A stretch of 64,000 nt of DNA from an uncultured Gemmatimonadaceae bacterium (GTDB lineage: Bacteria; Gemmatimonadota; Gemmatimonadetes; Gemmatimonadales; Gemmatimonadaceae), in NCBI GenBank assembly GCA_963761305.1, contig CAVXGK010000002.1, positions 1,280,001 to 1,344,000 of the forward strand, in the 5' to 3' direction. Both the position numbers and the translations under genes were made by a program. The notes under the pieces were generated by a model. That model was not told the DNA's origin and did not search any database. It was given only the letters and a program-made list of their open reading frames with translations. This document shows positions 36,396 through 45,914 of the stretch, piece after piece (positions within the stretch are counted from its first letter, which is position 1; every line of letters starts with the position of its first letter).

Positions 36396-37189
36396 CGGTC
36401 CGCGTTTGCGACGACCGCGGTCGCGGTCACGAGCGGCGCGGTGGCAGTCGTCGCCGGGTTTGATCCGTTGCGCTGTTGAGACAACAGCCCGAGCAACGAC
36501 TGGCCGGCGCCCAGGATGTGCGCGCGCATGAGTTGCGTGGCGGTCTTCACGTCGCGCTTGCGCACCGCCCCGGCGATCGCGCGGTGCTCCTGGCTTGCCG
36601 AGTGGGCGCCACCGGCGAGCAGCACTTGCATGCGGAAGTAGCGATCGCTGTGTTGGTGGAGCTTCTGCAACACGCCCATCGTGAAGTTGCGGTTGGCCGG
36701 CGCGTACAGAGCGGCGTGGAAGTGCCAGTTGAGCGGACCCCAACGGCTCGCTTCACCCGCGGCCAGCGCGTCCTCGAACGCGTCGAGGACTTCGGTCGCG
36801 CGGTCGAACTGCTCGTCGCTCATGCGCGGAATGGATCGGCGCAGCAGGTCGCTCTCGATGTCGGCGCGCAGCTCGAACAGTTCGTCGATCTCGTCGAGCG
36901 AGAGCGTGGAGACGACGGCACCGCGGTGGGGGCTGAAACTGACCAGCCCTTCGGCCTCGAGTTGTCGCAGCGCTTCACGAACGGGAATGCGGCTCACGCC
37001 CAACTCGTCGGCGAGGGCATCCTGGCGAAGGGGCTCGCCGTCGGGGAGGTCTCCGCGGAGAATACGCTCGCGTAGGGCTTCGACGGTCATGCTGGCGACG
37101 GTCTGCCGGCGAATCGGTATGGAGACCCGCGCGCCAGATGGCGGATAGCGGTGCGCAGGATTAACGTCAGGTACAGTCCGAAGGGTCAT
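36392..37189 (-). CDS. GntR family regulator with FCD domain
   Basis: HTH LADELGVSRIPVREAL, NWHFH and EHRAI. Confidence 0.95.
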   Translation of the reverse strand: MTLRTVPDVNPAHRYPPSGARVSIPIRRQTVASMTVEALRERILRGDLPDGEPLRQDALADELGVSRIPVREALRQLEAEGLVSFSPHRGAVVSTLSLDEIDELFELRADIESDLLRRSIPRMSDEQFDRATEVLDAFEDALAAGEASRWGPLNWHFHAALYAPANRNFTMGVLQKLHQHSDRYFRMQVLLAGGAHSASQEHRAIAGAVRKRDVKTATQLMRAHILGAGQSLLGLLSQQRNGSNPATTATAPLVTATAVVANADR

Positions 37190-37277
37190 TCAAACTCCAA
37201 AGCAGCATCGAACTCGGTTCGACGGCGGTGGGGGGGCGTGATCCGGGCTCGCGGTGTGCAACTTTTCGCAGGAGCGT

Positions 37278-37290
37278 GGATAGAGTATCC
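37278..37290. promoter_or_regulatory. Candidate GntR operator in the divergent promoter
   Basis: Palindrome GGATA-GAG-TATCC between gntR and the TSUP gene. Confidence 0.35.
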
Positions 37291-37455
37291 TGCAGGTTGC
37301 CACCTCGCAAGAAAGTTAGGCGCGGGGCCGCACGCCGGCGAGGTGGGGACTCGGGTCTACCGCACGAGCGGTTCCGGTAACATCGTCTAGGCTGACCGCC
37401 GTTCCCGCGACATCCGCCCCACCTGCCGCGGCTCTCACTCTGAATCCGGCCGTTC

Positions 37456-38421
37456 ATGAACTTCGTCACACGTGTTCTCAGCGCCGACCCGATCGCACTG
37501 CTGATCGCCGTGCTCGGGGTTTTCACGCTCGCGTATCTGGTGATGTTCATTCGAGCGATGGTGCGCGATGCACGCTCCGGACAGTCAGTGAGCTCGCCAC
37601 TGCTGGTCTGGCCGGTGAGCTTCGTGGCGAACTTCCTCGACACGCTCGGTGTCGGCTCGTATGCCACCACCACCTCGATGGTGCGCTTCTTCAAGTTGAT
37701 TCCCGACGAGAAGATCCCGGGCTCTCTGAACGTCGGTTACGTTCTGCCTACCGTCACCGAAGCATTCCTGTTCATCTATGGATTCAGCGGTCTGATCACG
37801 GTCGAGCCCGTACACGTCGATCCGCGAACCCTGATCTCACTTATCGCGGCGTCGATTCTCGGCGCGTGGCTCGGCGCCGGCGTCGTTTCCTCGTGGCCGC
37901 GCCGCAAGATCCAGGTCGGCATGGGCCTCTGCCTGCTCGCGGCGGCAATCATCATGGTCGTGCGGATGACCGTGTTTCATTCGCTGACGGTCGGCACGAC
38001 GAGCCTGACCGGCGCGCGGTGGGTGCTCGGAATGGGCGGCCTGTTCGTGCTGGGCGCGCTGATGACGCTCGGCATCGGCCTCTATGCGCCGTGTTTGATT
38101 CTGGTCACGGCGCTCGGCATGACGGAGAAATCGGCGTTTCCGATTATGATGGGCGCGTGCGCATTCCTGATGCCCGTCGCCGTCGCCCGATTCGTTCGCG
38201 CACGCTCGTACCATACACCCGCCATGCTGGGCATGGCCATCGCCGGCATCCCAGCTGTGCTGCTCGCCGTCAAATGGTTCCAGGATTTGCCGATGACCTA
38301 CGTCAAGGTACTGGTCATCTGCGTCGTGACGTACACCGGGATCAGCATGCTGCGCGCTGCGCAGCGGGAGCGCGATCTGGCAAGCGATGCCACGGCCGCC
38401 GAAGCGCAACCTGCCCTTTAG
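37456..38421 (+). CDS. TSUP (TauE/SafE) family transporter
   Basis: About 9 TM helices with NFLDTLGVGSYA, IPGSLNVG, GIGLYAP and AFPIMM. Confidence 0.9.
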   Translation: MNFVTRVLSADPIALLIAVLGVFTLAYLVMFIRAMVRDARSGQSVSSPLLVWPVSFVANFLDTLGVGSYATTTSMVRFFKLIPDEKIPGSLNVGYVLPTVTEAFLFIYGFSGLITVEPVHVDPRTLISLIAASILGAWLGAGVVSSWPRRKIQVGMGLCLLAAAIIMVVRMTVFHSLTVGTTSLTGARWVLGMGGLFVLGALMTLGIGLYAPCLILVTALGMTEKSAFPIMMGACAFLMPVAVARFVRARSYHTPAMLGMAIAGIPAVLLAVKWFQDLPMTYVKVLVICVVTYTGISMLRAAQRERDLASDATAAEAQPAL

Positions 38422-38474
38422 CTCCACGCCCGCGGCGTCGTTCGTCCTGATAGCCGGCGTCGCAAGCGCGCCGG

Positions 38475-40289
38475 CTATTTCTTTTGCGGCGTGTCGGTGC
38501 CCGCGTGAGCCGCGGCGCAAAATGTCTTGAGCTCGTCGGCTACATACGGTCGCAGCTTCGCCACGTAGTCGAGATACTGTTTCGCCGCGTCAGGTGCGGC
38601 GGCGCCACCGGCGACCAGATTGATCTCCGCTTCGGTGAGCGACGAATCGGCGAGCTTCGACAGCTCGCAGCTCTTGGCCGGCGCCGCCTCGGTTGCGGCG
38701 GATTGTCCGATCGACAGCGCCGACGCGCCGACGAGGAACTTTGCCTCGGGCGACGGCGTGATGCGGACGGCGAGCGAGAGGAACTTCATCGCGCGCTGAA
38801 AGTCTTCGCGTTTTTGCGTCGTGCCCGCGGCCTTGAACAGCGCGTTGCCGCGCGCCAGCGCGAACTGCGCGACGGTGGTCGAGTCCTCGCCCATCCGCGA
38901 CGCCTGCTCCATCGCCGCGAACGCGCTGTCGGGCTCCCCCGCTTCGATCTCGAGCTGCGCGAGCTGCAGGTAGCCGTGCGGAAGCTTCGGGTTCACGGCG
39001 AGGGCGCGCTTCGTCTCCGCCACCGCCGCGGCGGCGTTGCCCGAGCTCTTGAGCGTCTGCGCAGCGAAGACGTGCAGCTCGGCGTTGTCGGGAAACGCGG
39101 CGAGGCCGCGCTGGAGCGCCGAGTCGGATTCCACGTGCAGCAGCTGGAGGTACATGACGTAGAGCGGCGCCGACTCGGGAAATCGCGCCACGGCGTTGGC
39201 CGCCACGCCGAGCGCACGTTCCGATTTGCCGTCCGAGCGCAGCGCCGTGGCGAGCCGCAGATAGAAATCCGCGTCGGACTGCGCCGCCTGGTCGCGCACG
39301 AGCATCTGTTCGCCCGCCTGAATGGCGCCCTTCCAATCGTTCTCGGCCAGATGCACCAGCCAGCGGAGCTTGAGCAGCGGAAGGTTGTCGGGGTGTGCGT
39401 CGGTGCCGTGGTCGATGATCGGCGCCGCGAGGTTCGGCAGTCCTTCCCGCGCCAGCGCGTTGACGACACGCTCGATCATCGCCTCGTTGGTGGAATCCGT
39501 AGCGAGGAGCTTCGTCCACACCGGAGCCGCGTCGCGCGCCTGGCCCTTCGAGTCGAGCGCCTGTGCGAGATCCTCGAGCGCGACCGGGTTTCCTGGCGCG
39601 ACGGCCAAGGTCGCCCTCGACACGGCGATCACGCTGTCGGCGCTGACCTCGAGGTGCGCGAAGGCGTTGAGGAGGCAGACGCGAGCCGGCACGGCCCGCG
39701 GATAGAGCGCGATGGCGGTCGTCGCCGCGGCCGCCGCGGCGCGCGCGTTTCCGGCGCGATCAGAGTTCTCGCATTGGCGAAGCGGTGCGAGCTGCCGCCG
39801 GGCGGCGATGGCCTCCGCGGCGACGGCCTCGGCCGCCAGAGGCGCGGACGCCGCGTGCACCACCATCGGCTGGGCGAGGCGCAGGTCTCGTACGAGTGAG
39901 AGTCGCGCTTCGATGCGGTAGGATCCGTCCGGATCCTTGGTCAGGGTGCCGGTGATCTGCTCGTCGGCGCGAAACTTCTTCGCCATCTCCTTGAGCTCGC
40001 CGTCGCTCAGCGCCGGGTTCTCGTCGAACCCGGATCGGCGGAACCAGTCGTCCATGTCGCCGCCGGAGATGACGCGCAGCTCGGTCTTCGGAAATGCCCC
40101 GGCGACGCGCGACCGCACGATGTCCGCGCCACGCCCGGCGGCGCCGCGCTCCGTGCCAAGAAAGGCCGGAACGATCAGAACCTGCGTGGTGAATGTCGGC
40201 TGACCCGCTCCATCCGCGCTGGTCTGCGCCCCGCCTATGGCCGCAACGACCGTCAACAACGCGGCGGCGAGTGCGAGTCGATTGGGCAT
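38475..40289 (-). CDS. Exported tetratricopeptide repeat protein
   Basis: Signal peptide, TolB-N/CsgG-like start, and multiple TPR-like helical repeats. Confidence 0.85.
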   Translation of the reverse strand: MPNRLALAAALLTVVAAIGGAQTSADGAGQPTFTTQVLIVPAFLGTERGAAGRGADIVRSRVAGAFPKTELRVISGGDMDDWFRRSGFDENPALSDGELKEMAKKFRADEQITGTLTKDPDGSYRIEARLSLVRDLRLAQPMVVHAASAPLAAEAVAAEAIAARRQLAPLRQCENSDRAGNARAAAAAATTAIALYPRAVPARVCLLNAFAHLEVSADSVIAVSRATLAVAPGNPVALEDLAQALDSKGQARDAAPVWTKLLATDSTNEAMIERVVNALAREGLPNLAAPIIDHGTDAHPDNLPLLKLRWLVHLAENDWKGAIQAGEQMLVRDQAAQSDADFYLRLATALRSDGKSERALGVAANAVARFPESAPLYVMYLQLLHVESDSALQRGLAAFPDNAELHVFAAQTLKSSGNAAAAVAETKRALAVNPKLPHGYLQLAQLEIEAGEPDSAFAAMEQASRMGEDSTTVAQFALARGNALFKAAGTTQKREDFQRAMKFLSLAVRITPSPEAKFLVGASALSIGQSAATEAAPAKSCELSKLADSSLTEAEINLVAGGAAAPDAAKQYLDYVAKLRPYVADELKTFCAAAHAGTDTPQKK

Positions 40290-40433
40290 TCGAGGCGGGT
40301 GGGGTCGAGGGCGGGGTCGGGGGCGGCCTGGTCGGCGAGTCGCGGGCGGCGAGGAGGCGATCGCAAAGGCTTCTTAACGTAAACGCAGGACCGGCGCCGA
40401 CGTTGACCGTAACGATTGCCATCGCCCACGATA

Positions 40434-40474
40434 TAACAAAACGAAATGCCCGCCCTCTCGCGAGGGCGGGCATT
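40434..40474 (-). terminator. Rho-independent terminator after the cupredoxin gene
   Basis: AATGCCCGCCCTC-loop-GAGGGCGGGCATT, followed on the minus strand by TCGTTTTGTT. Confidence 0.8.
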
Positions 40475-40522
40475 CGTCCACACTAAGCCAGTTGCAAGCC
40501 GGCCCGGCGCGGGGACGAGCTT

Positions 40523-40948
40523 CTACTGAACGACGATCTGTCCGGACATGTAGCTGCCGTGAACCGCGCAGTGATACTTGAACGTGCCGGCCACGGTAAA
40601 GGTGCGATTGAAGCTGCCCTGATTCTGCAGCGGCGACGTCGTCCCGCTGCCGTCGTCGAATGAGACCTGGTGGTTGATGCACGCCCCGTTGCCGTAGCCG
40701 TAGCCGCCGCTCGTATCCGTGCAGGCGGACCACTGCCACGTGACGGTTTGGCCCGCCTTGATGGTCAGGCTCGTCGGATTGAAGCTCGAGTCGACCAGCG
40801 CCACGGTGTTCGGGTTGGCCGGGCCGGTGCCGGGTCCGGTCGGCGTGGTGCCTGGGCCGGTGGTCGTCGAGCTGTCGCCGCTTGCACCGCCGCATGCGGC
40901 CACGATCACGATGGCGATCGCCGCGAGCGAGAGTCCCCACATTCGCAT
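40523..40948 (-). CDS. Plastocyanin/azurin-family type 1 copper lipoprotein
   Basis: Lipobox VAAC, FNPTSLTIKAGQTVTW, and NH...YHCAVHGSYM (H, C, H, M ligands). Confidence 0.92.
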   Translation of the reverse strand: MRMWGLSLAAIAIVIVAACGGASGDSSTTTGPGTTPTGPGTGPANPNTVALVDSSFNPTSLTIKAGQTVTWQWSACTDTSGGYGYGNGACINHQVSFDDGSGTTSPLQNQGSFNRTFTVAGTFKYHCAVHGSYMSGQIVVQ

Positions 40949-41096
40949 GCTCTTATCTCCTCCGAATGGCGGGCCGTCTCGCGGGCCGGAGGAGCCGGTG
41001 CGCGGAGGTCGGGCCGCAAAGTCGTCACGGCGCCTGCTGATTCAGGCGCCGCGCGATCAATCCAGAGGGCTCGCGGAAGGTTCCTGGCCCCTCCCG

Positions 41097-42290
41097 CTAC
41101 GGCATCGGAATGTTGGACCGCGGGACCGAGTTCGACATGATGATGACGCGCCGCAGGTCCGACGCCTTGGCGCCGGCCATCATGTCGGTGATCTCGCTGA
41201 GCCGCACGGCGGTGTGATAGATAGTCCACGACGGTCCGGCGAGAGCCGACGGCCAGATGTCGAGCAGATCGGTCTGCGGGTCATAGCGCAGCGTCCCGCG
41301 ATACCACGTCGAGACGGCCCGCTGCTTCGCGGCGGCCATGCTGCGCCAGAAGATCGGCATGGGGAGCACATGCCAGGAGAACCCATCGTCGCTGCGGGCG
41401 AGGAAGAGATCGCTCTGACCGCAGCTGTTGCCGCGCGGGAACGCCGCGACCAGCGCCACGTATCCGCCGAACGGCAGCTCGGCGACGTCGAGATGCCACG
41501 GGACGTAGCCGGGAATCGAGAAGTCGAGCGGCGTCGGATCGCTCCACTCTACCGACTCGAACGATTGCGTGAGGTCGGGGTGGGCGCTGCGAACCTCGAG
41601 CGTCGTCGACAGCGCGTTGCAGCCCGCCACGCCCGAGCGGATGGACCACACCCGCGCCGTCCGGTCGTTCTCGATCACCATCGTCGGCGACACGATGTCG
41701 TGACTGTGGGCGGCAAAGGCGACGACCGGGGTCGTCCATTGCTTGCCGGTCGCGGTCGACATGAGCATGATCCGGTTCATGGTGTCGGCAACGACACGAT
41801 AGATCTGGATCAAGCGCCGCGTCGCCGGATCGAACGCGTGGTCGGGGTCGGAGTTGTAGCTGCCGGCACCGGGATAGGCGATGATCGGATTGCGAATCGC
41901 CGACGGCGTCACCCACACCGTATCGTTCGCCGCGACCAGGAAGCCGGGGTTCTCCCACGCCGGATCCGAATTCTTGTACGGCGTGTACATCAGCCAACAG
42001 GCGCCGCCGTTCCAGCCGTTGGGCGGACAAACCATGTCGGGATGTACGGCGTCGGCTGACTGCGAGAACGCATCCGGCGGCAGCGTGACGCGCGCGAACT
42101 TCGCGGTCATCATCGCTTCGATACGATCTGTTAGTGAAACCGGATCAAACTTCTCTGGTGGCGCGCCCGGTTCTGTCGGAACGCCGAGCGGCATCGTGCG
42201 TGTGAGTGGTGAAGCGGGAACTGTCGGACTGTGGGAGTCCGAACAGGCGACGAGTGCGGCGGCGCACAGCGTCAGAGACACGAATCGCAT
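41097..42290 (-). CDS. Lipoprotein, probable beta-propeller glycoside-hydrolase-like fold
   Basis: Lipobox LVAC with HPD, YTPY, ENP, NSDP, WHLDV and SDDGFSW (Asp-box-like) motifs. Confidence 0.7.
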   Translation of the reverse strand: MRFVSLTLCAAALVACSDSHSPTVPASPLTRTMPLGVPTEPGAPPEKFDPVSLTDRIEAMMTAKFARVTLPPDAFSQSADAVHPDMVCPPNGWNGGACWLMYTPYKNSDPAWENPGFLVAANDTVWVTPSAIRNPIIAYPGAGSYNSDPDHAFDPATRRLIQIYRVVADTMNRIMLMSTATGKQWTTPVVAFAAHSHDIVSPTMVIENDRTARVWSIRSGVAGCNALSTTLEVRSAHPDLTQSFESVEWSDPTPLDFSIPGYVPWHLDVAELPFGGYVALVAAFPRGNSCGQSDLFLARSDDGFSWHVLPMPIFWRSMAAAKQRAVSTWYRGTLRYDPQTDLLDIWPSALAGPSWTIYHTAVRLSEITDMMAGAKASDLRRVIIMSNSVPRSNIPMP

Positions 42291-42540
42291 GGAACCCTTC
42301 TGCGGTGGTGGTCCGGCCTAGGGTCACGTGTATGGGGCAGCACGAATTGGTCCGACTCGGCGCACGACCGACCTCGGCGCGCTCACCTATCGGGCGCGCG
42401 AATGTAGCTCTCGCGCGCACACTCCGCTTGTTTTGTATACTGGTGTTTGCGTGGGACTCCATCGACGAAGCAAGCTGTAACGCTACGTGCCGAATCACGC
42501 CGCCGCAGATACTATCCGTCCGTCTCGAGAGGGGGCAGCG

Positions 42541-43608
42541 ATGTTTGGTTTGATCGCGACAGGAATCGTCGTCGTCTTCGTCGGCTCGCTGATCGTGCGA
42601 TGCGTGAAAGTGATCGGCCAGGCCGAAGTGATGGTGATCGAGCGTTGGGGTCGCTTCGATCGCGTCGCCCGCTCCGGCCTCAACATCCTCGTGCCCGGCA
42701 TGGAAAGGCCGCGAACAATCGACGTGTCGTTCGTCGAGACCGACCCGAGCGGCAACAAGCGGATCATGGCGGGATCGACAGCGCGCATCGACCTGCGCGA
42801 ACAGGTGCTCAGTTTCCCCAGCCAGCCCGTCATCACGAAGGACAACGTCACGATCGACATCGACGCCGTGCTCTACTATCGCATCGCCGATCCGCAGAAG
42901 GCGGCGTACGCGATTCAGAACCTGCCGTTCGCGCTCGAGACGCTCACGCGCACCACGCTTCGCAACATCGTCGGCGACATCGAGCTCGATCAGACGCTCG
43001 CCAGCCGCGACATGATCAACAAGCGGATGCGCGAGGTGATCGAGGAAGCGTCGATCGGCTGGGGCGTCGACGTCACGCGCGTCGAACTCCAGGCGATCGA
43101 GCCGCCGCGCGACATCCAACAATCCATGGAACTGCAGATGCGTGCCGAGCGCGAGCGTCGCGCCGCGGTGACCAACGCCGAAGCCTCGAAGCGCGCCGCC
43201 ATTCTCGAGGCCGAGGGTGTGCAGCAGTCGCAGGTCAGTCGAGCCCAGGGCGAAATGGAAGCCGCGGTGCTGCGCGCCAAGGGCTTGGCCGAAGCGCGCC
43301 TGGCGATGGCCGCCGCCGAAGCCGAGGCCATTTCGCGCATCGCCGCGGCGTTGCCCGAGGGACAGGCCGCGATGTATCTGCTCGGCATGAAGTACCTCGA
43401 AGCGCTGCCGTTGGTCACGGCCGGCAAGGGCACGACGATCTTCCTCCCGGCCGAAGCCGCCGGCGTGATGGGCGCCCTCGGCGGCATTCGTGAACTCGTG
43501 ATGCGACAGGCGGGCGCGGCCGCCGACGCGGCGTCCGCGCCGCCTGCGCGTCCATCCGGCGCACTCGGCAGCCCGCCCGCGCTCCCACCCCGAACCGGGG
43601 GGCGTTGA
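42541..43608 (+). CDS. SPFH/band 7 (QmcA/stomatin-like) protein
   Basis: N-terminal TM, QPVITKDNV, TTLRNIVG and QMRAERERRA. Confidence 0.95.
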   Translation: MFGLIATGIVVVFVGSLIVRCVKVIGQAEVMVIERWGRFDRVARSGLNILVPGMERPRTIDVSFVETDPSGNKRIMAGSTARIDLREQVLSFPSQPVITKDNVTIDIDAVLYYRIADPQKAAYAIQNLPFALETLTRTTLRNIVGDIELDQTLASRDMINKRMREVIEEASIGWGVDVTRVELQAIEPPRDIQQSMELQMRAERERRAAVTNAEASKRAAILEAEGVQQSQVSRAQGEMEAAVLRAKGLAEARLAMAAAEAEAISRIAAALPEGQAAMYLLGMKYLEALPLVTAGKGTTIFLPAEAAGVMGALGGIRELVMRQAGAAADAASAPPARPSGALGSPPALPPRTGGR

Positions 43609-43611
43609 GCG

Positions 43612-43833
43612 TTGCTTCGTATCACGCAGGAACGCGCCGAGCGCATCGCGAAGAGCCACGCGTGCGAGAACTGTGGCGAGTACAGTTATAAGAAGCTCAA
43701 GGTGAAACCGGCGCCGCCGACCACCGGTGAGCTCGCGTCGGTCAGGTGGATCGCCAACAAGGTGTGCGGCGTCTGCGGCATGGAGGTCGAGATGGGCATC
43801 GACGCCGAGGGCGAGATTATTTACGTGTCGTAG
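43612..43833 (+). CDS. Small zinc-ribbon-like protein
   Basis: CENC...CGVC pairs; follows the SPFH gene directly. Confidence 0.75.
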   Translation: MLRITQERAERIAKSHACENCGEYSYKKLKVKPAPPTTGELASVRWIANKVCGVCGMEVEMGIDAEGEIIYVS

Positions 43834-43868
43834 GACGGGTGGACGAGTGGACGGGTGGCGGTGGACCG
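43834..43868 (+). repeat. GGTGGACS octamer tandem repeat
   Basis: ggacgggtggacgagtggacgggtggcggtggaccg immediately after a stop codon. Confidence 0.6.
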
Positions 43869-43896
43869 TGTGACGCGCGACCGCCTACGTTTCGAC

Positions 43897-44163
43897 ATGC
43901 GGTTTGCCTTTGAGCCTTCTCCAGAATCCGACGACTTCGATCTCGACAGAGACTTTCCGCTCGGCGACGGCACGGCCGACGTGGAAGGCGACGTCGCCTG
44001 TCCGTATTGCGGCGAAGCAGTCGTGATCGCGCTCGATCCGGGCAGCGGCGATCATCAGGACTACGTCGAGGACTGTCAGGTCTGCTGCCAACCGTGGCTC
44101 GTGCACGTCGAGTACGGACCGGACGGCCACGCGACTATAACGGCGAGTCCGGCGGACGACTGA
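43897..44163 (+). CDS. CPXCG motif cysteine-rich protein
   Basis: CPYCGE...DPGSG..QDYVEDCQVCCQPW. Confidence 0.9.
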   Translation: MRFAFEPSPESDDFDLDRDFPLGDGTADVEGDVACPYCGEAVVIALDPGSGDHQDYVEDCQVCCQPWLVHVEYGPDGHATITASPADD

Positions 44164-44182
44164 TCGTCCGCCGGCTCGCCTT

Positions 44183-44220
44183 CCACCGTCTACCGGTCCA
44201 GCGGTCCAGCGGTCCACCCG
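44183..44220 (-). repeat. GGTGGACC octamer tandem repeat (reverse orientation)
   Basis: ccaccgtctaccggtccagcggtccagcggtccacccg. Confidence 0.6.
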
Positions 44221-44224
44221 CCTC

Positions 44225-45616
44225 TTAGAAGCCGACCGTCCCGGTGATCATGAAGCCTTTGAACTGACCGCCGTACCGGATGTCCGTCGTCGGGAAGTCC
44301 AGGTACTTCTGGTTCACCCACTCCAGCTTCCCGAGCACGTTCGGCGTCACGAACCACCCGCCGCCAATCTCGTAGCGGTCGACCTTCTGATCCGTGTAGG
44401 TGTTCGAGATCATCTCGCCGGTCAGCGTGTTGTACCGGCCGCCGAGATAGAAGCGATCGCCCGCCAACCGATAGAGCGCCTCGTACACGTTCTGGTGCAC
44501 CGTGCGCATCCGTAGCTCGGTGAACGCTCCACCAGTGGCCGTCTCGAAGTTTCCGAAGAACTCGGCGCCGCCGATCTTGAGGAACGGATTCAGGACTTCG
44601 GCGTTGACCTTGTTCGAGAAGCCCGGGTGCACTTCGCCCGACCACGCGTTGGCCGTTTCCGTCGAGGCCGTGTTCTCGAGCACGTCGTAGAACGGCGAGC
44701 CGCCGCGGTCACCCGTGTACAGCGTGTTGCTCGCCGACTTGTTGTTCGCGTAGAACGAGCCGGTCAGGCGGAACCGAAGCTCATCGCCCAGCCTCTCGTC
44801 GAAGCCGAGCTTGCCGATGGTGCTCAGCGAGCGGGACTGCGGCGCGGTCACCTGGCCGTGCACCTCGCCGCCCGTCGCGCCGAGCATCGCGATCAGCCCT
44901 TCGGAGCGCGCATAGACCTCGGCGCCGATCTCGGTCGTGAACGCATCGAGGATGTAATTGCCGACGAACGGATTGAACATCGCGTTGCCGTTGTCGCTGC
45001 GGCGGAAGTGCGCGTCGCCGTAGTTGATCTCGTAGTCCCCGACTCGCATCGTGACGTATTTCATCACGCTCTTGAGGAGCGCGTTGTCGATCGGTGACTC
45101 GTCCATCAGGATGTAGCCGTCCTTGACCCACGACTCCTGGTGGTGCCGCGCCGAGAGATAGGACGTCATTGCCACGCGGATGCCCGGGGCGAGCTGGGCG
45201 TTCAGGTTGAGGTTGGCGACCGCGTTGTTGAAGCCGTGGCCGATCGTGATCAACTGATTCGAGTTTACGCCGTTGACGAGGACAGGTGCGGCGCCGTTCG
45301 CGTGCGCGAGGCCTTGGAACTCCTGTGTGAACGCGCCGCCGATCGAGAGGGCGAAGCCCGTGAACGGAACTTCGTCGTCCTTCGGCGACTCGAACACGTT
45401 CAATCCGCGCATGTCGGCTGGACGAATGTGGTTGATCTCCTTCAGTCGAAAGAGACTGACCGGCTGTGCCGTCGCTTTCTTGGCGGAGTCGTTCGCTTTT
45501 GCGGTGCTCGCGGTCGAATCCTTGGTACTGCCGTTTGCCGGTTGCTGCGCGGCGCCATTTCCAGCGATCGCCGCGAGCACGAGGGCCGCGAGGCCCAGCA
45601 TCGTCTTGGATTTCAT
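44225..45616 (-). CDS. Outer membrane porin-like beta-barrel protein
   Basis: Signal peptide MKSKTML...AAQ, beta-strand pattern, and terminal GTVGF. SD GAGGAAGG upstream. Confidence 0.82.
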   Translation of the reverse strand: MKSKTMLGLAALVLAAIAGNGAAQQPANGSTKDSTASTAKANDSAKKATAQPVSLFRLKEINHIRPADMRGLNVFESPKDDEVPFTGFALSIGGAFTQEFQGLAHANGAAPVLVNGVNSNQLITIGHGFNNAVANLNLNAQLAPGIRVAMTSYLSARHHQESWVKDGYILMDESPIDNALLKSVMKYVTMRVGDYEINYGDAHFRRSDNGNAMFNPFVGNYILDAFTTEIGAEVYARSEGLIAMLGATGGEVHGQVTAPQSRSLSTIGKLGFDERLGDELRFRLTGSFYANNKSASNTLYTGDRGGSPFYDVLENTASTETANAWSGEVHPGFSNKVNAEVLNPFLKIGGAEFFGNFETATGGAFTELRMRTVHQNVYEALYRLAGDRFYLGGRYNTLTGEMISNTYTDQKVDRYEIGGGWFVTPNVLGKLEWVNQKYLDFPTTDIRYGGQFKGFMITGTVGF

Positions 45617-45767
45617 AGAGCCTTCCTCGGGTCGGGGTAGCAGGTCGAGCGCGCGAATCAGAGAACGCGAATCGTTGTCGTTCGAACCTGGATCGAATCT
45701 GTCACTCAGGGTTCCCCGCATCCGTCCGGGAACAAGGCATCTCGCGTAGTGAGTTGGTTGTTTCTTT

Positions 45768-45784
45768 GTGGGGGATTCCCCGAC
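45768..45784. promoter_or_regulatory. Palindromic box (GTCGGGG-N3-CCCCGAC type)
   Basis: GTGGGGGATTCCCCGAC upstream of the porin gene; related boxes at 47268, 47290, 51435 and 52315. Confidence 0.6.
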
Positions 45785-45814
45785 GGACGGACTGTGCCTT
45801 CCCATCTCATCCCA

Positions 45815-45846
45815 TCCACGGTCCACCGGTCCACCGGTCCACCGGC
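45815..45846 (-). repeat. GGTGGACC octamer tandem repeat
   Basis: tccacggtccaccggtccaccggtccaccgg. Confidence 0.65.
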
Positions 45847-45914
45847 CGATTCGGGAGCATGCGACGGCCGCGCCGACCGTCGCGAACCGCCGCACGTCCC
45901 GAAACCGGGCCGCC

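Noticed and set aside
37376..37391. Additional PadR-type box (GTCTAGG half-site)
   Set aside because: Only one half-site matches.
45704..45721. Extra GGG..CCCC box near the porin start
   Set aside because: The match to the 17-bp consensus is too weak to count.
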